A stretch of 64,000 nt of DNA, from NCBI GenBank assembly GCA_963793305.1, contig CAWBZV010000004.1, forward strand, positions 1 to 64,000, written 5' to 3'. The DNA comes from an uncultured Gemmatimonadales bacterium. GTDB taxonomy: Bacteria > Gemmatimonadota > Gemmatimonadetes > Gemmatimonadales > Gemmatimonadaceae. The position numbers and the translations under genes were made by a program. Shown here one piece after another: positions 13,041 through 23,298 of the stretch (positions are counted from its first letter, which is position 1; each line of letters begins with the position of its first letter). The notes under the pieces are model-generated. The model worked only from the letters and a program-made list of their open reading frames with translations, made no database searches and was not told the DNA's origin.

Positions 13041-13114
13041 ATCCACGGCGGAAGATCGAACGGTCTCAAGGTGCGCATGTCTCCGCACTGACTGCGCAAA
13101 CATGCGCATCAAGG

Positions 13115-13564
13115 TCAAGGCTTCGCCGCGTCCGGCGTGGCTGCGGATTTCCAGTTGATGACGTGATACACCGCCGGAGTGGAGCCGACATTCTTCAGCC
13201 CGTGCAGTTGGTTTGAACCGTTGAAGATCACCGATCCGGGACCCACGCGTTTCCACTGGCCGTTGGAGAGCGTCTCCACTGTTCCCTGCTGAATAATGAT
13301 CAGTTCTTCGTTGGGATGGCGATGCGGCGGGTGCGGCGATTCTCCCGGATTCAGGGTGGTCACGTGGAGCTCGAGGTTTTCGAGCGTGGCCGTTGGCGCT
13401 GAAAAGAACTGGCGCACAGAACCAACTTTGGTCTGCTTGACAGGGATGGTGTTCCAGTCAAAGACCGCCGAACCCATGACGGGTTTCTGGTCTGCAACGG
13501 CGAATACCCCGGCCGTGGCCATCACGGCGATCAATGCGACAAACAAATCTCTGCGTGTAATCAT
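13115..13564 (-). CDS. Cupin domain protein
   Basis: PHPPHRHPNEELIIIQQG...GSNQLHGLKNVG cupin motifs; signal peptide. Confidence 0.85.
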   Translation of the reverse strand: MITRRDLFVALIAVMATAGVFAVADQKPVMGSAVFDWNTIPVKQTKVGSVRQFFSAPTATLENLELHVTTLNPGESPHPPHRHPNEELIIIQQGTVETLSNGQWKRVGPGSVIFNGSNQLHGLKNVGSTPAVYHVINWKSAATPDAAKP

Positions 13565-13770
13565 TTTCCCTCGTCTTCGACGCATTAGCGGGTAGGACAG
13601 GACCGGAAGAAAGCGAAGAGGCGCCGGGTTCCGCTTCGCTGATACTTATAGTTGAAGCGCCTTCGCCACGCAAACTCGAACCACCCAGAAGTTTGCGCAG
13701 CGCATTTCCACGCCCGGCAGGGGAAAACATCGGCTGCGATACCATAGCATCCAATCAATGGAGTTCACGA

Positions 13771-14124
13771 ATGACCCCAACTGTGCTCCACCGGCCCACC
13801 GCAACTGCCTCAGCCGCCAAGCCCATCCGTCTTTCACGCGCACGCCGCAATGCCATTCTGAAAGCGCTCGCCGATCCGCGCCGATTCGAACTGCTTGAGC
13901 GCATCGCCACGGCCAGTTGTCCCCTGGGCTGTGCGCAGGCGCTGGCAGCCCTTCCCATCTCCGCCGCCACCCTTTCACACCACATCAAGGAGCTCGAAAC
14001 GGCCGGGCTCATACACGTCGAGCGGCAAGGCAAATTCCATTTCCTCACCCTCAAACCCGGCGTCCTGCTGGCCCTCGCCACCGCCCTCTCTACCCTCGAA
14101 AGCCCCACCTGCACAGGCCGCTGA
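13771..14124 (+). CDS. ArsR/SmtB-family regulator
   Basis: LKALADPRRFELL...ISAATLSHHIKELETAGLI. Confidence 0.85.
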   Translation: MTPTVLHRPTATASAAKPIRLSRARRNAILKALADPRRFELLERIATASCPLGCAQALAALPISAATLSHHIKELETAGLIHVERQGKFHFLTLKPGVLLALATALSTLESPTCTGR

Positions 14125-14172
14125 CACCGTCCCAAAAAGATTTCCACAATCATCCTGAATCCATCCGCTCTC

Positions 14173-14208
14173 TTCGATAATCAATTCGACAGTTATCGAA
14201 ATGTCGAA
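14173..14208. promoter_or_regulatory. Overlapping palindromes upstream of the SDR gene, candidate operator for the ArsR regulator
   Basis: TTCGATAA..TTATCGAA and TTCGA-N6-TCGAA (14185-14200). Confidence 0.5.
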
Positions 14209-14238
14209 ATAAAGACATCTCGATCGAGGAGCAGGATC

Positions 14239-14988
14239 ATGAGCAACCTTCAGGGAAAAGTCGCGCTGGTCACCGGCGCGTCCAAGGGCATTGGCGCAAG
14301 CATCGCCCGCGAACTGGCAGCGCGCGGCGCCGCCGTCGCAGTCAACTACTCCGGCAGCAAGGCAGCCGCGGACAGGGTCGTCGCCGAAATCAAGGCCTCT
14401 GGCGGCAAGGCCATCGCGATCCAGGCCAACCTCGGTGACCCGGATTCCATCGGTCCCCTCGTCGAGAAAACAGCCCGCGAACTCGGCCCCATCAACATCC
14501 TCGTCAATAACGCAGGAATCTACGAATTCGGCCCTCTCGAAGCTGTCACTCCCGAGCACTTCCACAAGCAATTCAATCTGAATGTGCTGGGCTTGCTCCT
14601 CACCACGCAGGCCGCACTGCGTCACTTCGATCCCAAGGGCGGCAGCATCGTCAACATCGGCTCCGTGGCAGCCGCAGGTCTCCCCACTGCCTCCGTCTAC
14701 AGCGCAACCAAGGGCGCAGTCGACTCTGTCACCGTGTCACTCTCAAGAGAACTCGGCCCGAAAAAGATTCGTGTCAACTCGCTCAATCCCGGCATGGTTG
14801 AGACTGAAGGAGTGCATGCGGCCGGCTTCATCGGCAGCGATTTCCAAAAACAGACAGAAGCAGAAACCCCCCTCGGCCGCATCGGTCAGCCCCAGGACAT
14901 CGCCTCAATCGCCGCTTTCCTGGCCTCCGACGACTCGGAGTGGCTGAGCGGACAAGCCATCCGCGCCTCCGGCGGCGCCCGCATCTGA
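14239..14988 (+). CDS. Short-chain dehydrogenase/reductase
   Basis: TGASKGIG, NNAG, YSATK motifs. Confidence 0.95.
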   Translation: MSNLQGKVALVTGASKGIGASIARELAARGAAVAVNYSGSKAAADRVVAEIKASGGKAIAIQANLGDPDSIGPLVEKTARELGPINILVNNAGIYEFGPLEAVTPEHFHKQFNLNVLGLLLTTQAALRHFDPKGGSIVNIGSVAAAGLPTASVYSATKGAVDSVTVSLSRELGPKKIRVNSLNPGMVETEGVHAAGFIGSDFQKQTEAETPLGRIGQPQDIASIAAFLASDDSEWLSGQAIRASGGARI

Positions 14989-15059
14989 ATCGCCTCCGCG
15001 TTAGCCGATTCGCGAGAGCTGTGAATTGATTAACGTGGGGCTTGCATTTCCATCGATTC

Positions 15060-16131
15060 TTACCGGCTCTCCGCATCCAGCAGTTGGCGCTTGCGCTCGA
15101 CGCCCCAGCGGTAGCCGGTGAGTGATCCGCTCACGCCCACCACGCGATGGCACGGCACCACCAGCGCCACACGATTGGTCGCACATGCGCGAGCCACGGC
15201 GCGGGTTGAGTTGGGATCGCCCAACTCCCGCGCTAACTGGCTGTAAGTCTTTGTCTCGCCGCGTGGAATCTGGCGCAGAGCCTGCCACACCCGCAGTTGG
15301 AAGACAGTTCCGCGCAAGTCCAACTCCGGCGTGGCCCGATTTCGGTCCAGGTCCGATCCATCACGCACACTCTCCAGCGCCGCGTCCACAAGTCGCGACA
15401 GCGACGGATCGCGGCGCAGCGTCGCCAGCGGGAACTCTTCGCGCAGGCTGGCTTCGGCCTCGGCGGATGTAGATCCGAGCGCCAGCCAGCAGAGGCCGCG
15501 CGCAGTGGCTCCCACCACCACCCATCCAAAAGGCGTGCGCGCCGTGGCCCAGCCAATCTGTTCGCCCTTGCCTCCCTTGGCAAACCGCGCTGGAGTCATG
15601 CCCAGTTGCGCGCCCTCATAGGCTCGGCTCGAAGAGCCGAACCCCGCGTTGTAAATAGCATCGGTCACGCTGTCTCCATTCTTCAGCGCGCCGCGCAGAC
15701 TGCCCGCGCGCAGCGCTCTCTGATATTGCAGAGGGCTCACACCCATGGCCTGCTTGAAGAGCCTCTGCACGGTGAAAGGACTGAGCCCTGTCACGCGGCC
15801 CAACTCGGCGAGCCGCACCGGCCGATCGACGTGAGCCTCGATAAATGCACGGATCCTGTCCAAGGGCCTGCCCTGCGCATTCGTGGGTCGGCACCGTTTG
15901 CACGGACGAAACCCTGCGGCCTGCGCTTCGTCTGTCGAGCGGAAGAAGCGCACATTGGCCTTGAGCGGCCGACGGCTCTTGCAGTCCGGACGGCAAAATA
16001 CGCCGGTCGTCGTCGACCGCGTAGAAAAAGGTTGCCGACGGATCGCGGCCCAAAACCTGCTGCCACGCTGCCCCGGAATCAACTGCACGACCGGCACTCT
16101 GAGCATTTGCGAATTGGAGTTTGCTCTTCAC
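15060..16131 (-). CDS. ada: Bifunctional regulator / O6-methylguanine-DNA methyltransferase Ada (frameshift near 16015)
   Basis: Ada Zn site TTGVFCRPDC..R, GFRPCKRC; AraC HTH; VPCHRVV active site. Confidence 0.9.
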
Positions 16132-16263
16132 GAAAACTATCGTCGCCGATCGCGACTTGGCGCGCCATCCGGTTCTTGCGCGTAATTCGGATTCTCGCAC
16201 GATTCTGTCAGGAATCTCGTCGCAGGCTTGCCATCCCGGGCCTGCGAACTTGGGAATGCCGGC

Positions 16264-16998
16264 TCACGCGCGTTCCCGCAGCACCGCCTCTGCGCGACTC
16301 AAATCCTCTTCGGTGTCCACGCCAATCGTGTCGCTGGGTGCCTCCGCCACATACACCGCGATCCCGTTCTCCAGCAGCCGCAATTGCTCCAGCCGTTCCA
16401 ACCGCTCCAATGGCGAAGGTGCGAGCGCCGCAAATCGTTCCAGCGCGCTCTTCCGGTACGCATAGATCCCCAGGTGCTTGCGGTAGCCAGTGAAACCCGT
16501 CGCGTCGCGATCAAACGGAATCGTGGCCCTGGAAAAATAGAGCGCACGGCCGTCCAAAGCTGTTACCACTTTTACAGCGTTGGGATTGGCAAACTCTTCC
16601 GGCGGGCAGCGCACGGCCAGCGTGGTTACTTCCACCTCCGGCCGGTCAAACAGCGCGAGCAGCGGACGAAAAAACTCTGGTGTCAAGGTCGGCTCGTCGC
16701 CCTGAATATTCACGTAAATATCGGCATCGATTGAGCCAGCCACCTCGCGCACACGGTCGGACCCGCTCGCGCAATCCACCGAAGTCATCGCCACCGGAAC
16801 GTTGCGCGCCCGGCACACGATCGCCACTTCTTCTGAATCCGTCGCCACCACTACCGGGTCCATCAGACCGCTGGATTCAACCGCGCGCCACACCCACTCC
16901 ACCATGGGCCGGCCGGCAATCTCGCGCAGCACCTTGCGGCTCATCCGTGTGGAGGCGAGCCGCGCCGGAATCACCCCGGCGATTCGAGTCTTGCTCAT
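16264..16998 (-). CDS. kdsB: 3-deoxy-manno-octulosonate cytidylyltransferase
   Basis: VIPARLASTR, VNIQGDEP, ALYFSRATIP, HLGIYAY, LEQLRLLENG. Confidence 0.95.
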   Translation of the reverse strand: MSKTRIAGVIPARLASTRMSRKVLREIAGRPMVEWVWRAVESSGLMDPVVVATDSEEVAIVCRARNVPVAMTSVDCASGSDRVREVAGSIDADIYVNIQGDEPTLTPEFFRPLLALFDRPEVEVTTLAVRCPPEEFANPNAVKVVTALDGRALYFSRATIPFDRDATGFTGYRKHLGIYAYRKSALERFAALAPSPLERLERLEQLRLLENGIAVYVAEAPSDTIGVDTEEDLSRAEAVLRERA

Positions 16999-17137
16999 GC
17001 AGGGCGAGTCTACAGGAGCAGGTGTGCCGCATTCACCAAGCCGCCACCCGCAGCAACGCCCGGCTGTCCAGGTTTGACCCCAAATCTAACCACCCGTATC
17101 ATCTAGATTGGCATCGTCACAATGCCGCGTCCCTCCC

Positions 17138-17214
17138 GGCGGAGTAGCTCAGATGGTTAGAGCGTGGGATTCATAACCCCAAGGTCGGCAGTTCGATCCT
17201 GCCCTCCGCCACCA
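17138..17214 (+). tRNA. tRNA-Met (CAT), elongator type, CCA encoded
   Basis: Cloverleaf GGCGGAG...CTCCGCC-ACCA, anticodon loop TTCATAA, GTTCGATCC T-arm. Confidence 0.9.
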
Positions 17215-17381
17215 GAATCAATAACTTAGGGCTTATCCACAAATTCCTGCCCCGGATTAACCCCGCATTTCGGCCACGCTGCATCGCATGCCAGTACAGG
17301 TGACCAGCAAGAGCAGCGTGTTTTCAGGTTGATGAAGCTGGTCCAGGATGACCCTGGCCTGTATCGTTCGCGCGGTTGTGG

Positions 17382-17635
17382 CTATTCGCTGAGGTTGACT
17401 TTCTTTAACATGTCCTTGAACCGAGGGTCGCCCCGGAGTGGGTCAAAGAGGGGTTCCGTCCTCATCATCGAGAAAAAAGTACAGCCCTCGTTCAGCGACC
17501 GATTCAAGTTTTCCAGGGCTTCATTGTTGCCTCCGGACAATACATAGATTCTGGCTATTTCCTTCCCGAGACACGGTGAGTCTGGAATGGCCTGAAGGAA
17601 TTTGATTCTCGTTTTCCAATAAGCCTTTCGTTCTG
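17382..17635 (-). pseudogene. C-terminal fragment of a TPR-type protein (TolB-like/kinase-TPR tail)
   Basis: EPLFDPLRGDPRFKDMLKKVNL tail; visibly lower GC than the sequence fused to it. Confidence 0.6.
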
Positions 17636-19181
17636 GCGTGGGCTTCGCGTCGGCCGGCGGGCTGCCCGGCATGCCGTTCTTTCCGGCGTTATCGGCGAGC
17701 TTTCCGAGACCGTCGTCGATCTGTTCGCGGAAATGATTGTGCATGTCCTCGAGATCCGAGAGCTGCACGTGGAGCTGAGTGCCCGGTGCGCAATCGTTCT
17801 GTTGGCCGGCGCTGACGAGCACCGTCACGGCGTCATTCCCGTCCGCTGCGTCGGCGATGCGCGTGAGCACGTCACCCGACGTCAACGAGCACTCGCTGCC
17901 ATCGGCAATCTGTTCGCTGAGCGTCGTCGATACGATGAACGTGCGAACCGCGGGCTTGAGCGCATCCGGCATGTGTTCGTCCGTCGGTGAGGCTGATGTG
18001 ATTCCTTGCGCTTGAGGCGGCGCCGGAGCGGGTTGAGCCTCTCCTTGCGGCTGCGCCGACTGAGCCGCCGCAGCGTCACGCTCGGCCTGCAGCTCCGCTT
18101 TCACTTGGTCGGCAATGGCTTGCTTGACCTCGGGGGTCAGAACGACCTGCTCGGCCGGCTGCGGTGCCGCAGACGATTGATCGTCGCTCGGCGGAGCGGC
18201 CGCCTGCGCGGCCGCGGCTTGAGCAGCCGCTTGCTGGTCGGCGGCGACGCGCGCGTCGTACGCCGCCTGCAGATTGGCGGCGATCAGGTAGTCCGTGAGC
18301 CAGAACGCGGGAGCCGCGTACACCGGATATGGAGCGAAGTAGTAGCCGTAGTAGCCATACCACCCGGCGTGGCGCCAACCCCAACCGTAGTAGACGGGTG
18401 CACGCCATGGGGCGTATGCGTATCCGTAGAAACGCGGGCCGTAGTAGTAGTGGGGGACGTAGCCATAGTAGTAGCGGCCGTGCCAGCCGTACCCGCGATA
18501 GACGCTCACGTAGGTCCGGCCGCCGTAGACGTAGGTCCGATTCATGTACGGATGACCGTCGCGCATGTACGGGCGCTCGACGTAGCCACGGCCGCCGCCA
18601 TAGCCGACCACGCGCGAGTGGTCCGGGCGCTCGCTCACGTAGGTCCGACTGCCGTTTCCGCCATGGTTGATAATCATCCCATGCGCGTGGATCGAGGTCA
18701 CCTGGCCGTTGGCGCCAAGATGGGCGGTCGACCCGCTCCGGGTCGTCACGCTCGTCATGTGACCGCTCCGGCCATACTCGACGCGAGAGCCGTCCGTGCG
18801 CGTGACGGTCCTGACACTCTCCGTCCGCCCCCCGCCTTCGTGCACGATGCCCGTCGTGTGCGACGTTGTCACGGTATGCGGGCTGGCGCCGCCGCCGCGC
18901 GTGGTCGTCACCGTCCGCGTGGTCGTCGCGCCGCGGGGTGCGTTGTGCGTACCGTTTGAGTTCGCGGCCGAGTGCTGCGGGGCACTGGCCCTGGGATTGG
19001 CATGCGAGGCATGGGCCGTGGTATGTGCGGCGTTGCCGTTGTTATGCGGTGCACCGCCGGCATTCTTATCTGGGACCGCCGTGTGGGCGGGCTCTTTGGC
19101 GAACGCCTTCTCCTGTTGGCCGGAGGCTAACGCCGGGATGACGAACAGTAGCGCAGCCGTGAAAAGCGCCCTGGAAAGCAT
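17636..19181 (-). CDS. Secreted Gly/Tyr/Arg-rich hypothetical protein, C-terminally fused to an unrelated fragment
   Basis: Signal peptide, low-complexity region, Tyr-rich YYGYVPHYYYGP...FWLTDYLIAANL block. Confidence 0.65.
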
Positions 19182-19455
19182 TGGGCCTGCCTCCTCGATC
19201 GGAGTCTGAAGGAAAGGGACAGACGGATCCGAGATCCGAATTGGCCCTACCTGTGGATGACGAGCGAGGTCCGGTTCGTGCCACGACTGGGCCGTGCGGG
19301 CAGGGACGCTAGCGGCGGTGGGTGGCGTATGCGGGGCTTGGGGTTGCCCCCGCGCTCGACCTGATCCAGAGAGCCTAGTCGACTCCCCCGGCTCGCGTGA
19401 TACGCCGGTCGTAGGTGGCGAGCGCGAGGCCGATACCCACCGCGGCGCCGCGCGC

Positions 19456-20064
19456 TTACTTCGAGCTCAAGTACCGCGACGGAATTGCGTTCCCCGGGGT
19501 CTCGTTGTCCCAATATACCGTGACGATGTACCAACGCTTGCCATCGTTGAACAACTGCGCGCTGGCGATGCCCCGCGACTTTGGCTTCGCGTCATCGGTC
19601 GCGTCCATTACGGCGTACGTGCTGAATCGCTGCGTGATCGCGTCGAACGTGTCGACGGAATGGCTGATCTCTTTCTCATAGAGCGCGTTCTTCGCCATAT
19701 ACGGACCGATCCATTGGACGAACTCCTGGGGAGTCCTCACCACGGTATGCGGAGTGCTGTCCGGGGCGGCGCGGCTGGTCTGGATCAGTCTCCCGCCCGG
19801 CACGAAGAGCGAGTAGAAGCGGTTCCAGTCGCGGTTGCCCGCGGGGCCCGAGATCACGTCGTAGTAGGCGTGCATGATCGCGTCCATCGAGCGGACATCG
19901 GCGGCCGCGGCCGGCGGTGCGTTCGACATGTCGGTCTGGGACATGGCGCTCTGCGCCTGGCACGGCGCCAGCGCAATGAGCGAAGCGGCGGTCGTCCATC
20001 GCAGGAGCCGAAGCGGCTCCTGGCGGGCAACGCGATTGCGCCTCGGATTGAGTTCAACCGTCAC
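19456..20064 (-). CDS. Secreted NTF2-like fold protein (paralog 1)
   Basis: YDVISGPAGNRDWNRFYSLF...QLFNDGKRWYIVTVYWD. Confidence 0.7.
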   Translation of the reverse strand: MTVELNPRRNRVARQEPLRLLRWTTAASLIALAPCQAQSAMSQTDMSNAPPAAAADVRSMDAIMHAYYDVISGPAGNRDWNRFYSLFVPGGRLIQTSRAAPDSTPHTVVRTPQEFVQWIGPYMAKNALYEKEISHSVDTFDAITQRFSTYAVMDATDDAKPKSRGIASAQLFNDGKRWYIVTVYWDNETPGNAIPSRYLSSK

Positions 20065-20319
20065 GGTCTTCCCCCTTTTTTGGCGTTGTTGCCGGTTGTC
20101 GTTTCGTAGAGCTCTACCGAAGCGCCCCGCTTAGCGGCGGGCATACCCGGCTCGATATCCGTCACATACGGCCAATGTAGAATTCGAACGGCGTGGGGAA
20201 AGAACGAGCCGGCCACATTAGAGGATTGTCATCTCTCTCTCATTGAGATGGAGCATGTAGGTTCTGGTGGTAGAAGATGACCGCGACTTAGGCGGTCTCG
20301 AGGCTTCATCTTATCGCCT

Positions 20320-20618
20320 GTCAGGCTGGCCGACGAACTGGCGTACGCCGCCAGGCCATCGAAGCCTCGGATCTCCCGGCGCCAATCCGCGAAGTCCAAC
20401 GGGGATACTCCATCGCCCTTGCGCACGCTGGTCACGGGGTTGACCACGGAGACCAGCTGGTCGGGCGCGGAATGGCAAGGGGCGCAGGAGTACGCCATTG
20501 ACCAGACTGTGTTGGCGCGGATCGCGATCATGAGCGTACCCGCGACGGCGAGCGCAAATCCGCGCGCGCGCAGGAGGCGACGGACGGCTAGCTGGGCATC
20601 CTTCAGGAGCGAGTCCAT
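20320..20618 (-). pseudogene. N-terminal fragment of an ADOP/MacB-type ABC permease
   Basis: MDSLLKDAQLAVRRLLRARGF...SPLDFADWR; broken and truncated. Confidence 0.65.
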
Positions 20619-20831
20619 AGGTGAGCGGATGCTCGTGCCTGGGACGCGTCGTCTCACAGCTGAACAGTCAATCGGGCTCGTTCGCCTCAGCCATGTCTCG
20701 TTGTAAACGGCGTCTTCGACAACATGATTCCCAGTTCGCAATTTCTACATGCTCAGCGAGCAAATTGCCGAATGCTCACTGCTGACGTATCTGGCGATTT
20801 CGACAGACCGCGTGTATTGTTTGCGCCCGTG

Positions 20832-21383
20832 ATGTTTACGCGCTGGGCTGTCGCCCTCTCGACGCTCGTTGCCCTGGTTCCCTGTCAGGGCCAAGACGCG
20901 CCGCCGCCTCCGGCCGCGGCCGCCAATGTCCAATCGATCGATGCTATCCTGCACGCCAAATACGACGTGATGTCCGGTCCAGCGGGACAGCGCGATTGGA
21001 ATCGATTTTACTCGCTGTTCGCGCCCGGAGGGAGGCTCATCCAGACGCGCCATCACGGCGCCGACAGCGCGTCGACCATCACGGTCACGACGCCCCAGGA
21101 GTTCGCGCAGCGCGCGGGCGAGTACTTATCGAAGAACGGATTTTACGAGCATTCGATCGCGCACACCGTCGACACGTATGGCGCGATCACGCAGATCTTC
21201 AGCACCTATGTGTCGTACCGCGATCCGAAGAATGCGACGCCATCCGCGCGCGGGATCGACAACTTTCAGCTCTTCAACGATGGCAAGCGGTGGTACATCG
21301 TCACGGTTTTCTGGGACGCGGAGACGCCGGCGAACCCGATTCCGGAAAGGTACCTGAACCCAAGCGCTGCTCGAAGTAAATAA
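20832..21383 (+). CDS. Secreted NTF2-like fold protein (paralog 2)
   Basis: YDVMSGPAGQRDWNRFYSLF...QLFNDGKRWYIVTVFWD. Confidence 0.7.
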   Translation: MFTRWAVALSTLVALVPCQGQDAPPPPAAAANVQSIDAILHAKYDVMSGPAGQRDWNRFYSLFAPGGRLIQTRHHGADSASTITVTTPQEFAQRAGEYLSKNGFYEHSIAHTVDTYGAITQIFSTYVSYRDPKNATPSARGIDNFQLFNDGKRWYIVTVFWDAETPANPIPERYLNPSAARSK

Positions 21384-21526
21384 GCCCGCGCTTCTTGCAT
21401 CGCGCACGAGATCTCTTACCGAGCGTGCCGCAGCGAGTTCAGCGTCAGCCGACCCGTGTAGCCGTGCGCGCCGTACCGCAGCAGCGTTTTGCTCATTGAC
21501 GTACCCTCTGAATCCAGAGGCTCTCA

Positions 21527-21937
21527 CTAGTCCCACAAGCGCTCGACGACCGCCGCCGCGGCGATCGCCGGATCCCGCGTCATGAGGGGCACGCCCAGCG
21601 TCGCAGCCGTCGCAGCGATCAATCGATCACCGCGCTCCGGTATCGCATACAGACTGTGCGAGTGCACCACCACTTCCGCCGTGAGATCCGTCACCAGGTA
21701 GTGCCCGGATCGCCTCAACGCCTCGACCCACACGTCGAACGGTCGATCGAGCGACGCACGCCCCGCATGCAACGCCTCTGCCACCTCGACGAGCACGATC
21801 GTCGGCACGTAGACCGCGCCCGCGCCGGCATCCGCTCGGTCGAACATCGCACGCGCGCGTCGTCCGAGCTTCGCTCTCCGCCCGCCAATCGCCCAGAGCA
21901 GGCTATGCGTATCAGCGACCGCGAGTTCAGGTGGCAA
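21527..21937 (-). CDS. vapC: PIN-domain toxin (VapC family)
   Basis: VADTHSLLW, PTIVLVEV, ERGDRLIAATA, LMTRD acidic PIN motifs. Confidence 0.85.
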   Translation of the reverse strand: MPPELAVADTHSLLWAIGGRRAKLGRRARAMFDRADAGAGAVYVPTIVLVEVAEALHAGRASLDRPFDVWVEALRRSGHYLVTDLTAEVVVHSHSLYAIPERGDRLIAATAATLGVPLMTRDPAIAAAAVVERLWD

Positions 21938-21961
21938 TCGGCATCTCCGAGCGATGCCGGC

Positions 21962-22297
21962 TCACAGCGACCCAAGTTTCGCGTCCACGCTCTGCGCGGC
22001 CGCGCGACGCGAGGCGGTCAAGAACGCCTCCGGATCGTCGTGTAGCACGCCGCTGCCGACCAGCCGAAATGGTGTCGACGACGCGTGTCCGCGCAACTGC
22101 GTCTCGAGTGCCACCACGCGGCGTCGCCACGCGCGCAGCCGTTTCTGACTGACGAGGACCACGTGTTCCGCGAAATCGCGGTGCGTGATCTCGACGAAAT
22201 CGACAGCGTCAGTCGCAACGTCCTGCAGCAGTTGCAGGAACGACTGACGCGCCTCGGACGCCGAAATCGCGATACGTTTTCTCGTGCGCTTCTTCAC
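21962..22297 (-). CDS. Phd/YefM-family antitoxin
   Basis: ISASEARQSFLQLLQDV...VEITHR...VLVS; lies directly upstream of the PIN toxin. Confidence 0.75.
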   Translation of the reverse strand: MKKRTRKRIAISASEARQSFLQLLQDVATDAVDFVEITHRDFAEHVVLVSQKRLRAWRRRVVALETQLRGHASSTPFRLVGSGVLHDDPEAFLTASRRAAAQSVDAKLGSL

Positions 22298-22314
22298 AGA
22301 TCCTCACCGGGCAG

Positions 22315-22338
22315 TATTGTACATTGACTTGTACAATA
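22315..22338. promoter_or_regulatory. Toxin-antitoxin operator candidate
   Basis: TATTGTACA-N6-TGTACAATA inverted repeat; two TGTACA palindromes 12 bp apart. Confidence 0.65.
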
Positions 22339-22425
22339 TGGCGATCGCCCACGACGCACGCAAGCACACCGTCGTGCCGGTGCTGCCAGCGTACACACTT
22401 TTCATGTTTTGCTTGCGAAAGCAAG

Positions 22426-22457
22426 CGGCGCCGCTTCTGTAAGCAGAAGCAGCGCCG
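22426..22457 (-). terminator. Hairpin downstream of tRNA-Gln fragment copy 1
   Basis: Minus strand CGGCGCTGCTTCTG-CTTA-CAGAAGCGGCGCCG. Confidence 0.6.
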
Positions 22458-22470
22458 TTGGTTATCCAAA

Positions 22471-22511
22471 TTGCCCCTCCTGGGCTCGAACCAGGACTCT
22501 CCGATCCAGAG
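22471..22511 (-). repeat. tRNA-Gln 3' fragment copy 1 (att core), 1-nt deletion
   Basis: Matches 44351-44392 except for one missing T. Confidence 0.95.
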
Positions 22512-22653
22512 CCAAGCTTGGGAGGCTCTGAACTCCGGCAACTTGCAGTCAGCAAGTTCGCGTCGTCGGCTGCCGGAGTCAATCTGGTCGTTTGCCGGAT
22601 CTTGCAGGGGCTAACTCTCACACACGCGTCGGGAGCATTCGGCAGATCCCGCA

Positions 22654-23181
22654 CTAATCGTGGCGGCCCAGACACGCGACTGGTGCCGCGCGTACCGCAG
22701 CGCCGGGCGCAATGTCGGGTGTGTCAAACCATTCCCACGCACGCCCGACGAGCGTATCCGGGTGCACCGACAGCCGAAGCGCATAGCCATGAAACCAGTG
22801 AACGGCCACATCGACCTCGATCGAGTCGCTTCCCGCCATGCTCCAATGAGCATGCGTTCTAGCAAACGACGAGAGATCACCACCTTTCATGTCCCAGTCC
22901 GGCGGATCCCATCGCCACGGCCGCCGCACGACAGAGTCCCGTAACTGAATGAACTGGAGCCGATTCCCCTGATCGTCTTTGGCGAAGCCTCCTGGCGAAA
23001 ATGTTAGACGATAGCAGCGCGTCGCATGAGCGAATCGAGTTGGCACGGGTGCGCCGTCCGGCATCGGCGCACGGCTTGCTTCTGTGGCCTCCGGCACGAC
23101 GACCAGGTACACAACGATCAACAGTCCGATCAGCGTGGACAGTATCGGGGCGATGCGCACGTCACCCTCCAGGCAGAGCAT
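22654..23181 (-). CDS. Hypothetical membrane-anchored protein
   Basis: ORF with N-terminal hydrophobic helix. Confidence 0.5.
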   Translation of the reverse strand: MLCLEGDVRIAPILSTLIGLLIVVYLVVVPEATEASRAPMPDGAPVPTRFAHATRCYRLTFSPGGFAKDDQGNRLQFIQLRDSVVRRPWRWDPPDWDMKGGDLSSFARTHAHWSMAGSDSIEVDVAVHWFHGYALRLSVHPDTLVGRAWEWFDTPDIAPGAAVRAAPVACLGRHD

Positions 23182-23298
23182 CTTCCACGCTGATGCCTTC
23201 GCATTGCGGCGTCATGAGACGAGCATGAAGTGTCGGTGACATCCGCCACCCGACGCAGTGGATCAGCAGTGGACACGAGGTTATGCTGCACGCAGACC

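Noticed and set aside
17233..17241. Replication origin
   Set aside because: Only one DnaA box, with no cluster, AT-rich unwinding element or dnaA nearby.
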